Origin: Octopus sinensis
Taxonomy: Eukaryota
Length of the DNA stretch: 64,000 nt
NCBI RefSeq assembly: GCF_006345805.1
Contig: NC_042999.1
Location: 18,662,001 to 18,726,000, forward strand
Reading direction: 5' to 3'
The position numbers and the translations under genes are program-made. Shown here piece after piece: positions 1 to 13,102 of the stretch. The first letter of the stretch is position 1. Each line of letters starts with the position of its first letter. The notes beneath the pieces were generated by a model. The model saw nothing but the letters and a program-made list of their open reading frames with translations. It was not told the origin of the DNA and did no database searches.

Positions 1-64
1 ATGGCAGATGAAATACGGCTACGCATTTCGCCCGTCGTGCTAATGTTTCTGCCAGCTCGCCACC
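1..64 (-). mobile_element. tRNA-SINE family A, 5' head (cut by window edge)
   Basis: Reverse complement GGTGGCGAGCTGGCAGAAACATTAGCACGACGGGCGAAATGC matches the heads of the copies at 1573, 7664, 40177 and 57457. Confidence 0.8.
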
Positions 65-598
65 TTCTCATAAGTCGTGCATAATAAAGGAATTAGTTTA
101 ATTTGGTTAATTATGACCGTGAATCTATAAACATTGTAGATGACAAATACATCTATGAATATCTCCGGTCATGTTTTCTTCTAATGAAACCTAGAAAATT
201 ATACGAATGATCGAATATTTTCTTTTCATGAATCAGAAAATGAACATGTATTAATAGACATTTTCTAATCAGCCAACAAAACACGATTCTTTGATCAGGA
301 ACTGAAGCACTGCTGTATTAGAAATATAAATACTTATTAAATGCGTATAGAGGATAAACAGGTCAGGCTAGTAATATCACATATTTCAGCACCAGAAAGA
401 CTGAATAATCACTCTGATAATTGCTTTTAATCCAGGAATTATTATCGTCTAAAGGCAAAAACATTTTAGTATTTTAGTAAGATTTGTATTTCAACTCCAT
501 CTACATTCGTATATATTCAAGAATATTCAAGTATGCCGATATATGAAGAATGCGAGGTAGGATGCAAATCAAATCAAGAATGTTGAATTAATAACGAT

Positions 599-962
599 TA
601 CTCTTTTACTCTTTTACTTGTTTCAGTCACTTGATTTTTAGCCATGCTGGAGCACCGTTTTAGTCGAGGAAATTGACCTCAGGACTTATTCCTTGTAAGC
701 CAAGTACTTATTCTATCGGTCTCTTTTACCGAACCGCTAAGTTACGGGAACGTAAACACAGCACCATCGGTTGTCAAGCGATGTTGGGGGAACAAAAACA
801 TACACACACACAAACACACACACACAATCACACACATACACGCACGCACACACACACATGTATATACATATATATATACGACGGGCTTCTTTCATTTTCC
901 GTCTACCAAATCCACTCACAAGGCTTTGGTCGACCCGAGGCTATAGTAGAAGACACTTGCCC
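599..962 (-). mobile_element. tRNA-SINE family D, 5'-truncated
   Basis: Matches the full copy at 13852-14245: GATTTGGTAGACGGAAA module, internal (CA/TA)n, tail CATGGC..GAAACAAGTAAAAGAGT. Confidence 0.85.
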
Positions 963-1572
963 GATTAGAAGTTTTTTTAAAAAACAGAATACAAAGCAAA
1001 CAGTTGTTGATATGATTAAATCGGCAATATAATAATATTACTCATTGTTGACTGAAGAACCGGTGCCTGTTATTTAACATCTGTACACTATGTTTCTTAC
1101 TGGTAGACTAGAATCTAATTACGGCTATATTTAATAAACGTTTAGATGAACACTGTCTTCAGATAAATAGCCCTTTTGCGCACACTGACTTTGAATCCAT
1201 CTAACTGTACTGATGTTCATATATATCACTTCTGTCAGGCCAAATTGTTAATTATGAATTATTACAAACAATGAAACGATGAATGTGGTGCGCATACATT
1301 TCTGATATGCACAAAATAATTACCTGAAGAATCTCATATATGAATTCCACAAAAGGCCATTATTGGGCTCTGCACACGTAAGAAACGCAGAATTTCTAAT
1401 ATGAAACATTCATATAGATATGGCTTTGGTCCTTTTTTCACCCGATGTGTTCAATAAGTGTATATATCATAAAAGTACTATGATACAATTATATGATGAT
1501 ATGTGCAGCATTATGTGATTACAACGCTAAGAATATGTAAAGCGGTCCATAAGCATGTACATGAAAGTATAG

Positions 1573-1802
1573 GGCGGTGAGCTGTCAGAATCGTTAGCAC
1601 GCCGGGCGAAATGCGTAGCCGTATTTCGTCTGCCGCTACGTTCTGAGTTCAAATTATGCCGGGGTCGACTTTGCCTTTCATCCTTCCGGGGTCGATAAAT
1701 TAAGTACCAGTTCCGCACTGGGGTCTGTGTAATCGACTTACTACCTATGTCTCTCCTTGTTTGTACCCACTATGTTTAGCCCCTTGTGGGCAATAAAGAA
1801 AT
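1573..1802 (+). mobile_element. tRNA-SINE family A, full length (Deu/Nin-like core)
   Basis: A-box-like GCTGTCAGAATCGTT, B-box GAGTTCAAATT, core GACTTTGCCTTTCATCCTTCCGGGGTCGATAAATTAAGTACCAG; many copies in the window. Confidence 0.85.
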
Positions 1803-3490
1803 ATGTATATGAAAGTATGTAAATAGCGTATCCGCATGGCTATGTATGTGTTCTAAGTTTATCAAATGCATCTATACACAAGTACACACACGCGTGCGCA
1901 CAAACACACACAGATACACACACATATGTGTATATACCGTATACAGAAATCTACGTTATATACATTGACAGAAGTTACTGGAACGTACACACACTCACGT
2001 ACATACAAACACACACGCACATGCGTATTAAGTCGTTCATTGTGAATTCATGCAATTTGTATCTTCGATCAGGTTTCTGTTGACATGTGTGCATGATACA
2101 CCATGTCTGATTCATTTCCTCGTCCTTACCTTACTGCAATTCCCCATGTGCACGAATATACGTAAATATCTATACGAAATGATTAGAGATTTTAAACTAT
2201 TTACTGAAATATTATTTCCCATGCTTAGGTTGCTTCCGAACTGTTATTTGTCATGCCTTGAGTTTCGTTTTTTCATTGTATTATTTTCTCTCACATGATT
2301 TTTTTTCGTTCGCGATATATGTGTCACGGTGTAATATGTTTAACATAATAGAAATTTTTTTTGTAGTTGCGATTTATAGACGATGTTCCACATTACAATT
2401 AGGTATTTATATTTTTTAATGTATTACTTTTTTTTTATTTCAGCGCTGACTAAATCATAAATCTAATCGTGATACATTTTCCTCTAGTGTTTAATGGATC
2501 GATTTTGCTACTACAAAATTATTTTTGCTTACAACCTCGTTATAATTGTTAAGAAATATGTCAGTATGCTACTGCAAATTCATACCATAGATAGAACAAT
2601 TTAAAAAAACTTCACTTATATAAGTGTATTAGTCTTCTCATAAATTTGGCAAATAACAATGATTTTCCTAACTAAAATGGTAGAATACGTCAATGAAAAA
2701 ATGTAAATTTATTTTCTGTGTTAACATATTGACACTATATATAAAAATACATTTTTTAAGGCGATTTACAAAAGGAGAGTGACAGAAAAATACTATGCGA
2801 AGCGTCGTTGTATTAATATTCCCTGTAAGTTTACTTTCCAGGGATACACAAGTGATAAGATATCAATCTGTCCGATTATGTTAATTTCTGATGTATTCAT
2901 ACGGAGCACGATTTCGCCATGATAAAACGAACCACAAAAAATGAACTCGGTATCGAAAAGCTTATTTATCTCACAATCAAATGCTTTAGATGTAAATTAG
3001 ACGCTCACAATAACTGACTAATTTATGCTGGTATCTGTTAGGGGTTGATTCGACGATAGCAAACCTGATTTGCTGTCGGAATAATACGACATTTCGGAAT
3101 TATTTCGACCAAATGGCTAATTTAAACGGAAAGGAAATAGTTACAAATATGATAGACGTAACGTTTTTATGGTTTCATTATCTCTTAGGTTTCAATAAAA
3201 AAAATATCAAATTGCAATCGTTTTCACTCTCAATCGGTCAACACTAAATTTATGTAATGACAGTTACGCTGACACATATATCCTTGAAGAAAAATACATA
3301 GAAACATGAATGTTAGTCTTATGTACATGCAGTCACACATACAGATACATACATACATGCATAGAAACACACACACACAACACATATATATATATATAAA
3401 TATTTGTACATATATATACATATATATATGTATATAAATATGTGTGTGTTTGTAAATGAGCTTATACATACATACACACACATACACACA

Positions 3491-3601
<111 letters not shown>

Positions 3602-3806
3602 ATAATATATTATTATGAATATCAGGAAATCAATATTAGAAAATTCTTCAGAAAGATATATACGTGTGTAAAATAATTGTTGTATTAAATATGTATAAAT
3701 ATGTATAAACATATATGTAAATGAATATGTATAAGTATAGATATATACTGTATATGAGAGTTAAAAAGTTTTGAATTAAGTATTTAAAGCATCTTATATA
3801 TATATA

Positions 3807-3844
<38 letters not shown>

Positions 3845-3849
3845 TTATC

Positions 3850-4099
3850 TAATTATATCAACAGAACTAGGGTGAAAACGACCTGTCCCCAAAATATTTG
3901 AAGTACCGATCCCTTCAATAAATTACTAAATGATGCTGGTATCTGTAAGGATTTTATTGGACGATAGAAAACCTGTGTTGTGGGAAATAAAACGTCTCTT
4001 CCGAAGTATTCCCATTGACTAATTTCAAGGGAATGGTCTGTAGCACTTCACCCATGCTGGAGACAGGTCGTTTTTGCCCTAGTTCCCTTGATATAATTA
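3850..4099. mobile_element. MITE-like element with about 37-bp terminal inverted repeats
   Basis: AATTATATCAACAGAACTAGGGTGAAAACGACCTGTC (3851-3887) is the reverse complement of 4062-4098 with about 4 mismatches; AT-rich flanks; non-coding. Confidence 0.65.
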
Positions 4100-4218
4100 T
4101 ATACAAATGTACATTATTATTAACTTAGTGTATTAATTGCCTATAAATTTTTATAGCATGCTCACTATTTGATTAAAATCATCAACGTGATTTTATCCTT
4201 ATATTCTGTTATATCTAT

Positions 4219-4274
<56 letters not shown>

Positions 4275-4331
4275 GTATGTATCTATACTTATGTATGTAT
4301 CTATATATATGTATGTATTTATGTATATGCG

Positions 4332-4593
4332 CACAGACACGTGTACCATTAACGTAGTTCTCGAGGAGACTTAGTATGTCACATAGTGTGACAAGCCCGG
4401 CCCTTTGATGTACAGGTACAACAGAAAAAAGAAGAAAGAATGAGAGAAAGTTGTGGTGAAAGAGTACAGCAGGGTTCGCCACCAACCCCTGCCGGAACCT
4501 TAGGTGTTTTCTGTCAATAAACACTCATATTGCCCGGTCTGGAAATCGAAACCCCGAGTACGGTACCCTAACCACTGAGTCATTGCGCCTCCA
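4332..4593 (-). mobile_element. tRNA-SINE family C with tail type T3
   Basis: Head and body match 9311, 27842 and 30017; tail resembles 25850-25960. Confidence 0.8.
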
Positions 4594-4598
4594 CATCC

Positions 4599-4633
<35 letters not shown>

Positions 4634-4635
4634 TC

Positions 4636-4672
<37 letters not shown>

Positions 4673-4677
4673 AATAA

Positions 4678-4779
<102 letters not shown>

Positions 4780-6306
4780 CTATTAATTTACAACTCCGAT
4801 ATACACTTTTAAGCTGGATTATTTTCGCTTAAATCGGTATTCTGAAAGCTATATCAAGCGATTTAAATAGACTGACAAAATACAGACAGACAGACAGATA
4901 GGGAGATAGAGAGGGAAAGGGGAAGAGAGAGATTAACTAAACATTTTGTAAGTTACTCAGTTATTAAGATGAAATAGAGTATTCTGCTGCACGCTGTAGT
5001 TAATCAGTTTCACTAGGCGTGCAGTAAAAAATTATGAGAATTGATACCTGTCATCATGTACCTAGTAAACGCATTAAACATCAATATTGTTTAGCAAAGG
5101 AATTAGCTTTGTGCTAATATCTTAAGTATGACATTTACACAGTTTCTCCGGTAATCTTCCTGTTTTTGTTGAACGGAAACACACAGATATACAACTATAT
5201 ATGTGTATATATGAGACACATGTATACGTATACAGACAACACACAAATACATATTTATATATATATATGAAATTTCTATGCGGACTTGCGATTGAAATGA
5301 AACGATTGGACACGGCTGCTTGCAAGCTGACGAGTTGGCACATTCGACCGGTTACTGAAACTGCTTTGTGGACAACGCATCTTGACCCTGGATACAAGGA
5401 CACACATCTCCTCAGAGGCATGCAGATTGAAATTGATTGTGAGAGAGAGAGAGAGAGATAAGAAGGCATTGCACAAACATACAAACAACACCGTGCTCAC
5501 ACACATAGAGACAAAGTCAAAGACAAACAGAGAGAGAGAGAGATAGTGAGGGAGAAATATGGAGAGGAAGAGAGAAAACTGGAGAAACTTTAAAAGAACT
5601 AGTGAGGCATTAAAACGTTTGATGTCCAAAATATTCAGTATCCAATCGTTGACGCCAAATCGTTGACGTTAAATACGCGACGGCAAAACGCCTTTTCCGA
5701 AACGTCTCAAAACCAAGTCGTGTTGTATATGTACAGCTATTTGTTCCGATTGTGTTGTTTTTCAATATTCGAATGCATGCATACAATGATCTCCGAAATT
5801 TTTTTTTTTTTCAGTTTTATCATATTGTTCTAAAAGCAGTTTTATCATCACGAGTGTGATCGATTTATTTGTCTATTAAAGAAATATCTTTATTAGACTA
5901 ATGTCTAGAAACCGTTTATCGATTTTCCTGATAAACCTTTTACCTATTTCAAAATCACTTTTGTATGCCATCATATATGTATTTGACTATGTATACCATT
6001 CCAGTCTCAAAATATTGTATCTTGTAACAAATTATATCATCACACTATTAGACATATAAATAAAATACGAACACGTATTGTGCTAGCCATAAATCTTATC
6101 TACTCGTATTGCATTTTAATGTATCAGGAGGCCGTGAATTTAATTGGTTGAGTTTTGGCTATAGTTACTTCGAGGAACATTTATTATTTAATATCATACA
6201 ACGTAATGCAAGTCTGTAGTGCATTTGTAGATATTTCCGCCATTGTTTATCAACTCCAGTTTCCTAGCAATGGTTTACCGCACCATAATTATTTCTTTAC
6301 ATATAG

Positions 6307-6372
6307 GTACACCTGACCTTTGACTATTCAAGACACGATCTACGTTCGCTTACAGCTCAAAACAACACATTT
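6307..6372 (+). CDS. candidate coding exon (VHLTFDYSRHDLRSLTAQNNTF), unknown product
   Basis: Acceptor ATTTCTTTACATATAG, donor GTAAGA, phase 0-0, no stop; homology not recognised. Confidence 0.3.
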
Positions 6373-6472
6373 GTAAGAAAATATTCTTTGGTTGTGTAAT
6401 TATCGAAGCCAAAACAGTTACCATAGAAATATCAAGAAACAGCGTATAGAAGATTTTTAACAATGCTTCTAG

Positions 6473-6691
6473 GTAATAAAGCAGTATTTAAAAAGCAAAG
6501 AAATTGGATGTGAATTCCGCCACCGAACAGCAAATATCTGGGAATTAATCACTTCTGAGCTCAAACAGAATAAGCTATTGGAAGAGCATTCTTTGACAAC
6601 GTGGATGAAGTCTATATTTACAAATTCTAAAGGATACAAATTAACCCACAACTGCAAAACCATCGCAGCACGAATATCGCAGTCGCTTTAA
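6473..6691 (+). CDS. candidate terminal coding exon (VIKQYLKSKEIGCEF...ISQSL*), unknown product
   Basis: Acceptor GCTTCTAG; 72 sense codons in phase with the preceding candidate exon across a 100-nt GT-AG intron. Confidence 0.3.
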   Translation, partial: VIKQYLKSKEIGCEFRHRTANIWELITSELKQNKLLEEHSLTTWMKSIFTNSKGYKLTHNCKTIAARISQSL

Positions 6692-6814
6692 ACTTTAACT
6701 AAGCTACCTTTTTGACATAGCAGTAGTTCATTTATCGATGACCATGTCACGCTGAAATAATGCTCTAAAATTTTGAATTGAGCACGCTATTCTATGAAGG
6801 CAAGGGGCTAGGGA

Positions 6815-7020
6815 ATAGCAAATAGTGTTTATGAGCCAAGGCTTTTTTAGGGAAGGGTATCCGTTGATTCTTTCGCCCCCAGTGCTAGATCGGTTCTTTA
6901 ATTACTCGGTGAAAGACAATGTTCACTTTTGTAGGATTTGAACTCAGCAGATAAGCAATAGAACCAAATTTCACAACGCATTTTACGTGATGCTCTGACA
7001 ATTTGGTTAGCACGTTGCGT
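6815..7020 (-). mobile_element. highly degenerate family A-like SINE
   Basis: Residual GATTTGAACTCAG (B box, reverse) and CCCCAGTGCT core remnants. Confidence 0.35.
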
Positions 7021-7663
7021 TAAGCAGTCTGAAATAATATGTAATTTGAGATTGAAAATATATTACCAAAAATATAAGATGCGTGATTTGTGTGGCAAAA
7101 CAACTAAAGAATAATGCTATACTGATAAAATAATACTGAATTTTAGCTCTTTTAGCTTCATTTATTTCATGCCATGCGTTTTATAGTAGGGTAACTGAAT
7201 AAATAATATATGCATAATATATCTTTTATCAGAAAATATCAGATAAATTTCATACGTAATTGTATTTGCAGTTAAATTTAGATAAGTATTTGCTACAGCT
7301 TGTCTTACTTTGCAGAAAATTGAGTATCCAATGGCCCTATGGTGATTCATTAACGAATAGTAAAGTTTATCACAGCATCTTCCTTTTTAAACAAATTTTG
7401 TATTTCATATCTGTATTAAATTTCCTCATATGAAATGTGTTGTAGGACAGAAAGATGAACGATATGGATATTTTACTTCCTCATTGCTAATTTTTAATTT
7501 ATATTTACTTTAAATAAAGCTATCTCTAATATCCCCGCGTTTAAATGAATAAATATTCTTTAAAATCTAACGTCATTTTCAAGGAACATGTTTAAATAAT
7601 ACACATCCAAAATACGTTATAGATGATACTATCTACCTGTGTGTGTAGATATCCAACTGGGAA

Positions 7664-8075
7664 GGCAGCGAGCTGGCAGAAACGTTAGCACGCCGAGCGA
7701 AAGCTTAGCGGTGTTTCGTCTGCCGCTACGTTCTGAGTTCAAATTCCACCGAGGTCGACTTTGTCTTTCATACTTTCGGGATCGAGTAAATAAGTACCAG
7801 TTACGCACTGGGGTCGATGTAATCGAATTAATCCTTTGTCTGTCCTTGTTTGTCCCCTTTATGTTTAGCCCCTTGTGGATAGTAAATAAATAGGTATTTC
7901 GTCCGTCGTTACGTTCTGAGTTCAAATTCCGCCGAGATCGACTGTGCCTTTCATCCTTTCGCGGTCGATAAATAAAGTCCCAGTTTCGCAGTGAGGTAGA
8001 TGTAATCAACTTAATCTCTTTGTGTGTCCTTGTTTGTCGCCTCTATGTTTAACCCCTTGTGGGCAATAAAGAAAT
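7664..8075 (+). mobile_element. tRNA-SINE family A tandem dimer (full monomer + 5'-truncated monomer)
   Basis: Monomer 1 is 7664-7897; monomer 2 restarts at GGTATTTCGTC (7893) and runs to the tail at 8075. Confidence 0.85.
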
Positions 8076-8860
8076 ATATAGCTATCAAACTGGTTTTACG
8101 TCACCGCCAAATTTGAAATGCTTTACTGCTTAATTATATGAGACCTAACATTCGCGAAAACTATAAATATTCAAGACGGACTTGAACATTTTGAATATTT
8201 AGCAAAATTAATCGTCAAGAAATAAATGGATACCAAGCGGATTAGAATAAGTATATTCAAAGTTAATATAAATACATACCAGTTAATACACGATTATATT
8301 TAAACATTTCAACATTTCCATGAAAATAAAGAATGGGGGTTAAAGTTCAACTCACGAGCATTTATATTTAAAATGATGTGTCGGAATCTAGCAGAATAGG
8401 AGGATTTCCCATGTTACACTAACCCTTCCACATTGCGCAATAATTTAACCATACAACAAATGTTATCTCAGAGCTAAACATTCTCATAAATATAAGTACT
8501 ATGAGATTAAACGCTGGTGATAAATGTTATGAAACTTTCCTGAAAAGCTATAAAGATATGGCCAATTACATACATTCAATTATGTATTTGGCAAAGTCAT
8601 AACGCAGCTAATATAAATTGTATGTGACTATGGAAGAGAATAGTAAAATTGGAGCTATTAGCGGTACAGTGTCATAAGTTAATTATAAGCATATCTATAA
8701 AGTTTATTAGCATTATATTTTAATGTAAACGTGTATATGTATCGAAACGTCGGAAGTGGCCTTATCTAACAAAAACGGAAATGTTTGTATTGTACAACGC
8801 AGTGTCGCACAAATATGTACAGAAGTACACACGTGCCTCATGAACATGCGTCTATATATA

Positions 8861-9270
8861 CAGGCCTGGCTGTGTGGTAAGAAGCTTACATCCGAACCAC
8901 GTAGTCCTAGGTTCAGTCAAAGTGTGCGGCAACTTTTCCAAGTGTATTTTACTATAGCTTCCGGCCGACTAAAGGTCTGTCAGTGGATTTGATGGATGGA
9001 AACAGAAAGAAGCCTGTCGTATACGTGTGTGTATGCATGCATGCAGGCGCGCTCACGCGTGTGCGTGTCTGTGTGTGTGTGAGAGAGTCTTTGTCTCTGT
9101 GTTTGTGCCCCATCATCGATGGACAGCTTGTATTGGTGGGTTTACGTCCCCATAAATTAGCGGTTCGGCAAAAGTGACAAATAGAATAAGTCTTCGGGGT
9201 CTATTTCTTCGACGAAAACGCTACAGGTCGGCGATCCAGCATGGCCGCATTGAAATAACGGGAAGAAATA
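8861..9270 (+). mobile_element. tRNA-SINE family D, diverged
   Basis: GGCTGTGTGGTAAGAAGCTT head, GGAAACAGAAAGAAGCC module, CCAGCATGGCCGC tail. Confidence 0.8.
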
Positions 9271-9310
9271 AATTAATAGAGGAATAAATATATATACGTA
9301 CATCCAGGGC

Positions 9311-9606
9311 GGAGGCGCAATGGCTCAGTGGTTAGGGCAATGGACTCGCGGTCGTAGGATCGCGGTTTCGACTCCCAGACCGGGCGATGTGAGTGCGTGT
9401 TGAGGGAAATCACCTAAAAGCTCCACGAGGCTGCGGCAGGGGGTGGTGATCCCTGGTGTACTCTCTCATCACACTTTCTCTCACTCTTTCTTCTGTTGGC
9501 TTGCTTGCTTAGCCAGCGGGGTGGCGTCATTCCAAGGCTAAAACAATGCGACATTGTGACCAGCGATGTGTAGTAACATCTGATGGTCTGGTCGGATCCA
9601 CGTGAT
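9311..9606 (+). mobile_element. tRNA-SINE family C with tail type T1
   Basis: GGAGGCGCAATGGCTCAGTGGTTAGG A box, GGTTTCGACTCC B box; tail shared with 30017-30296. Confidence 0.85.
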
Positions 9607-9613
9607 ATATATA

Positions 9614-9661
<48 letters not shown>

Positions 9662-9665
<4 letters not shown>

Positions 9666-10915
9666 TCTTTCCGCAGTGAATTCTTTTCCTCCTGTGCATG
9701 CGTTACTTGGCTAACACTTCGTGGGCGGCCGGGTGACAGCCTTTGTCCCATAGTCATTTTGTACCCTTCAGAAGCGTGTCGACATGCTAACCATTGAAGA
9801 ACTTACCTTTCTAGTTGAATGGGTGTTTCGAGCTGGAAACAAATACACATATACTGTGAAAGAGAAGTTCGGTGAAACATTTCCAAATACTGTTCTTCCA
9901 CATCGTGACACTGTGCGGGATTTCATAAGAACATTTAGAAACATAGGCTCAGAGGAAGACGCAACAAGAAGCGGTAGGTATCCTGTTCATTCAGATGAAG
10001 CACTCTACAATATTTCTGATAAACTGTTGGTAAGCCCGTTAAAGTCCTTACACAAATTGTCACAGGAAATGGAAATCAGCCTAGGAAGTGCTCACACAGT
10101 AGTAAAAAAAAAGGTGAATTTCTTTCCATACAAAGTGCTGGCCCTTCAATAATCGAAGACTATGGATCATGCTAAAAGGCTTCATTATTGACATTTGTTC
10201 CAAAACTTTATAGCCGAAAATGCACAGAAGTGCTGGATGGGTGTTTTTACACCGATGAGGCTTGGTTTCGTTTGCCGGGACTCATAAATTCGTAAATAAC
10301 AAGGATATAGAGCACTAAGAATCCACATGCGACGCATGAGTAACCTCTGCATCCCGAAAAAGTTGGAGTATGGACAGTAATTTTGAGAAAGCGTATTGTG
10401 GAACCGATATTTTTTGAAGACACCATCAATACCGAAAGATATTGCTCAACTATTGTCTATCCAATTGTAGACCAACTCACTGAAAGTGAAATTAATAATG
10501 CATACTTTAAGTAAAATGGAGTTACAGCACATACTTCGTGCTTCACGATGGCGCTACTTCGAGAGTTTTTCGGTAAACGGATTATTTCGAAAGGACTTTG
10601 GCCACCAAGATCAACTTAGCACCACCAAACATTCTATGAGTGGGGGAGCAAGTAAAGGATCAATGTAAAAATATTAACTGAAACCCATTAATGAGCTAAA
10701 AGACGCAATCATAACCTTCACACGACCAATACCACGTTAGGCTCTCCAAGATGTAGTATGTATTGAAAATAAAGGACGACACTTTCAACACTTCTTATAA
10801 AGTCTTTTAAACTCTTGTAAAGTCTTACGTATTCTTTTGTAGTCTTATACCGTCTTACAAATAGTAATTTTGCAATATAATACTTAGTGCGGAGAGACGT
10901 TTTGAACACCCTGTA
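9662..10915 (+). mobile_element. Tc1/mariner-superfamily transposon relic (maT/DD37D-like), pseudogenised transposase
   Basis: ORF 9784-10152 is an HTH domain (..TRSGR..SPLKSLHKLSQEMEIS..FFPYK); broken frames give FTDEAWF, HPEKVGVW and PIFFEDTINTERY; right TIR TTTGAACACCCTG+TA at about 10901-10915; left TIR not found. Confidence 0.8.
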
Positions 10916-11205
10916 TATAATATATATGTGTGTGTATGTATGTGTGTGAGTGTGTGTGTGTGTGTGTCTGTGTGTGTGTGTGTGTGTTTCTGTGTTTGCA
11001 TGAGTGAGTCTGTCTTTGTGTCTGTGTATGTATGTATGTGGGTATTTATGTATGTATATATATATATGTGTATATATGCATGCATGTTTTTATATTGTTG
11101 ACAATAGCTTTGAAACTTGATGGAAACAATATAAGGCTATTTTGAATGTCAATAATTAAAACAGATAAAGCATATAAATGTAAGGTTAAAACGACTTTAG
11201 TTATA

Positions 11206-12083
11206 TATTGGACTATGGCCGTTCATCTTTTCAAATTTAAAATGCATGCAGAAATAAAATGCATTGGCAAAATGTTTTATGTTTTTTCAAATAGAAATTT
11301 GTGTTCTATAACTTTGTGTGTTCTGACTTTTTTTCTCTTCTTTTCTTTTGATTTTCGTGTATTTTCAGATCTTTAAAATGGAATGTCAAGTGGAGAAAAC
11401 TGGATATATTCGACACCATTTGCATTTTGCATTCAATCGAAGTGTTGGGGGAGGAAAACTGCATCAAAGTAACACCCGACGTTGGTTTTCTCGCTTCAAA
11501 AAGGGCAATTTTTATCTCATGTGTGGATCACACACAGTTCGACCTTTTGAGTTCGAAGAAAAACCATTGGATCAACTTCTTCACGAAAATCCACGTTAAA
11601 CGACCAGAGAATTGGCAGAGCAGTTGGATTGTAATTAAAAAAAAACCCACCTGTGGTGAACTACCTTTCCACAATGGGCAAGGTTCATCGAACTCAATTA
11701 GTCGACTTGTGTGAGATCCGTCCCTGGAGTTAAATTACTATTTTTGAAGCGAGAAAAACAACGGCGGGCAGTAATTTGAGGCATTGCTCTTTCTCCATAC
11801 TCAGCACAAATCTCACGAGAAGCTTCGGTGACTTAACAACTCGATTAAATGCAAAAACAAATGCTGTGAAAACGGTTCATTTCTGTCCACTTGACATCCC
11901 ATTTTAATGATCTGAAATTACACAAATTTCAATAAAATATCAACATTTAAAAAAATCAAAACACCCTCTTGTAGAGCAAAACAATTCTTTTCAAATAGCA
12001 TAAAACATTTTGCCAATGTGTTTTATTTCTGCATCCATTTTTTAAAGTTGAAAATGCGCTCATGAATTATTCCTCAACCCAAT
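11206..12083. mobile_element. palindromic mariner derivative made of two convergent 5' halves
   Basis: Plus arm gives MECQVEKT..AFNR..RRWFSRFKKGNF..ENPR..RELAEQL; minus arm gives MGCQVDRNE..AFNR..RRCFSRFKNSNF; TIR ATTGGGTTGAGGAATAATTCA (reverse) at 12063-12083. Confidence 0.7.
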
Positions 12084-12538
12084 CTGCACATAGAGAAATG
12101 CATTGCGTGGGAAATAGAAATAAATTTAAACACGGACAAGTCATCGGGTGGTATCAAAATATGTAATTAATAAGCAAGCTAAGAACAACATAATGAATAT
12201 TCAAGTAGCGCATTTGAGACTGACGATATTACAGGAGAGGTGAAATGAGTGTTCATCGTGAACAGGGAAAAATGTAATTGTGGGAGCAACGTAATATATT
12301 GATAAATACTAGATATGAACGAAAAGTCACAATGGTTTGAAAATTTAATAATGCCACAACGTTTACTGGGGGTAAGATGGACGCTGAAAATTTCTGAATA
12401 TTATGGTCAAATAATAGCAAGCTATGGCTTTGTATGTATAAATAAATTCAAATGAATCTACACATATACATACATACAAAATTACATACATATGTGTACA
12501 AATATTATAAATAAATATATTTAATTATTTGTGTATAC

Positions 12539-12571
<33 letters not shown>

Positions 12572-12831
12572 TGTATGTATGTATGTATGTATGTATGTAT
12601 GTATGTATGTATGTATGTATGTATGCAATTGTCTGAGTCATTCTTACGAGCATGTGTAGGCGCGGTACCTGTAGCGGTTATTAAAATGCTTTGACGATAT
12701 TCTAGATTTAGGAACCACTCTGGACATTCGGTGCACTATACAATTTCATGCATATTGATTCACAAAGAGAACACATAGAGTTATTGACGCACACATTCAC
12801 ATATAAAGAAACACACACGTATATTTGAATG

Positions 12832-12876
<45 letters not shown>

Positions 12877-12996
12877 CTTACATGCATGTGTATATATATA
12901 TATAAATATATATATGCATATATGTGTATATATATATATATATTTACAAACACAACATATATATACATATGTATATATATATATATATTATATAAA

Positions 12997-13080
<84 letters not shown>

Positions 13081-13102
13081 AATATATATATATATATATA
13101 TA

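Noticed and set aside
1045-1070. CTGAAGA directly followed by ACCGGT
   Set aside because: No stem II or GAAA; could be chance or a collapsed remnant, not supportable
1527-1718. Recurrent peptide MRNWYLIYRPRKDERQSRPR (also 7629 and 40259) that looks like a conserved small protein
   Set aside because: Antisense reading of the family A SINE core; the conservation is repeat homology
5630-5715. Short tandem AATCGTTGACG and related motifs resembling DNA-transposon subterminal repeats
   Set aside because: No partner TIR or TSD found in the window
9311-9385. tRNA-like sequences (also 15331, 26495, 27842, 30220)
   Set aside because: They are SINE heads continuing into SINE bodies, without complete acceptor stems; not called as tRNA genes
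12220-12260. CTGACGA...GAAA spacing suggestive of a hammerhead
   Set aside because: No stem II, III or I pairing around the motifs
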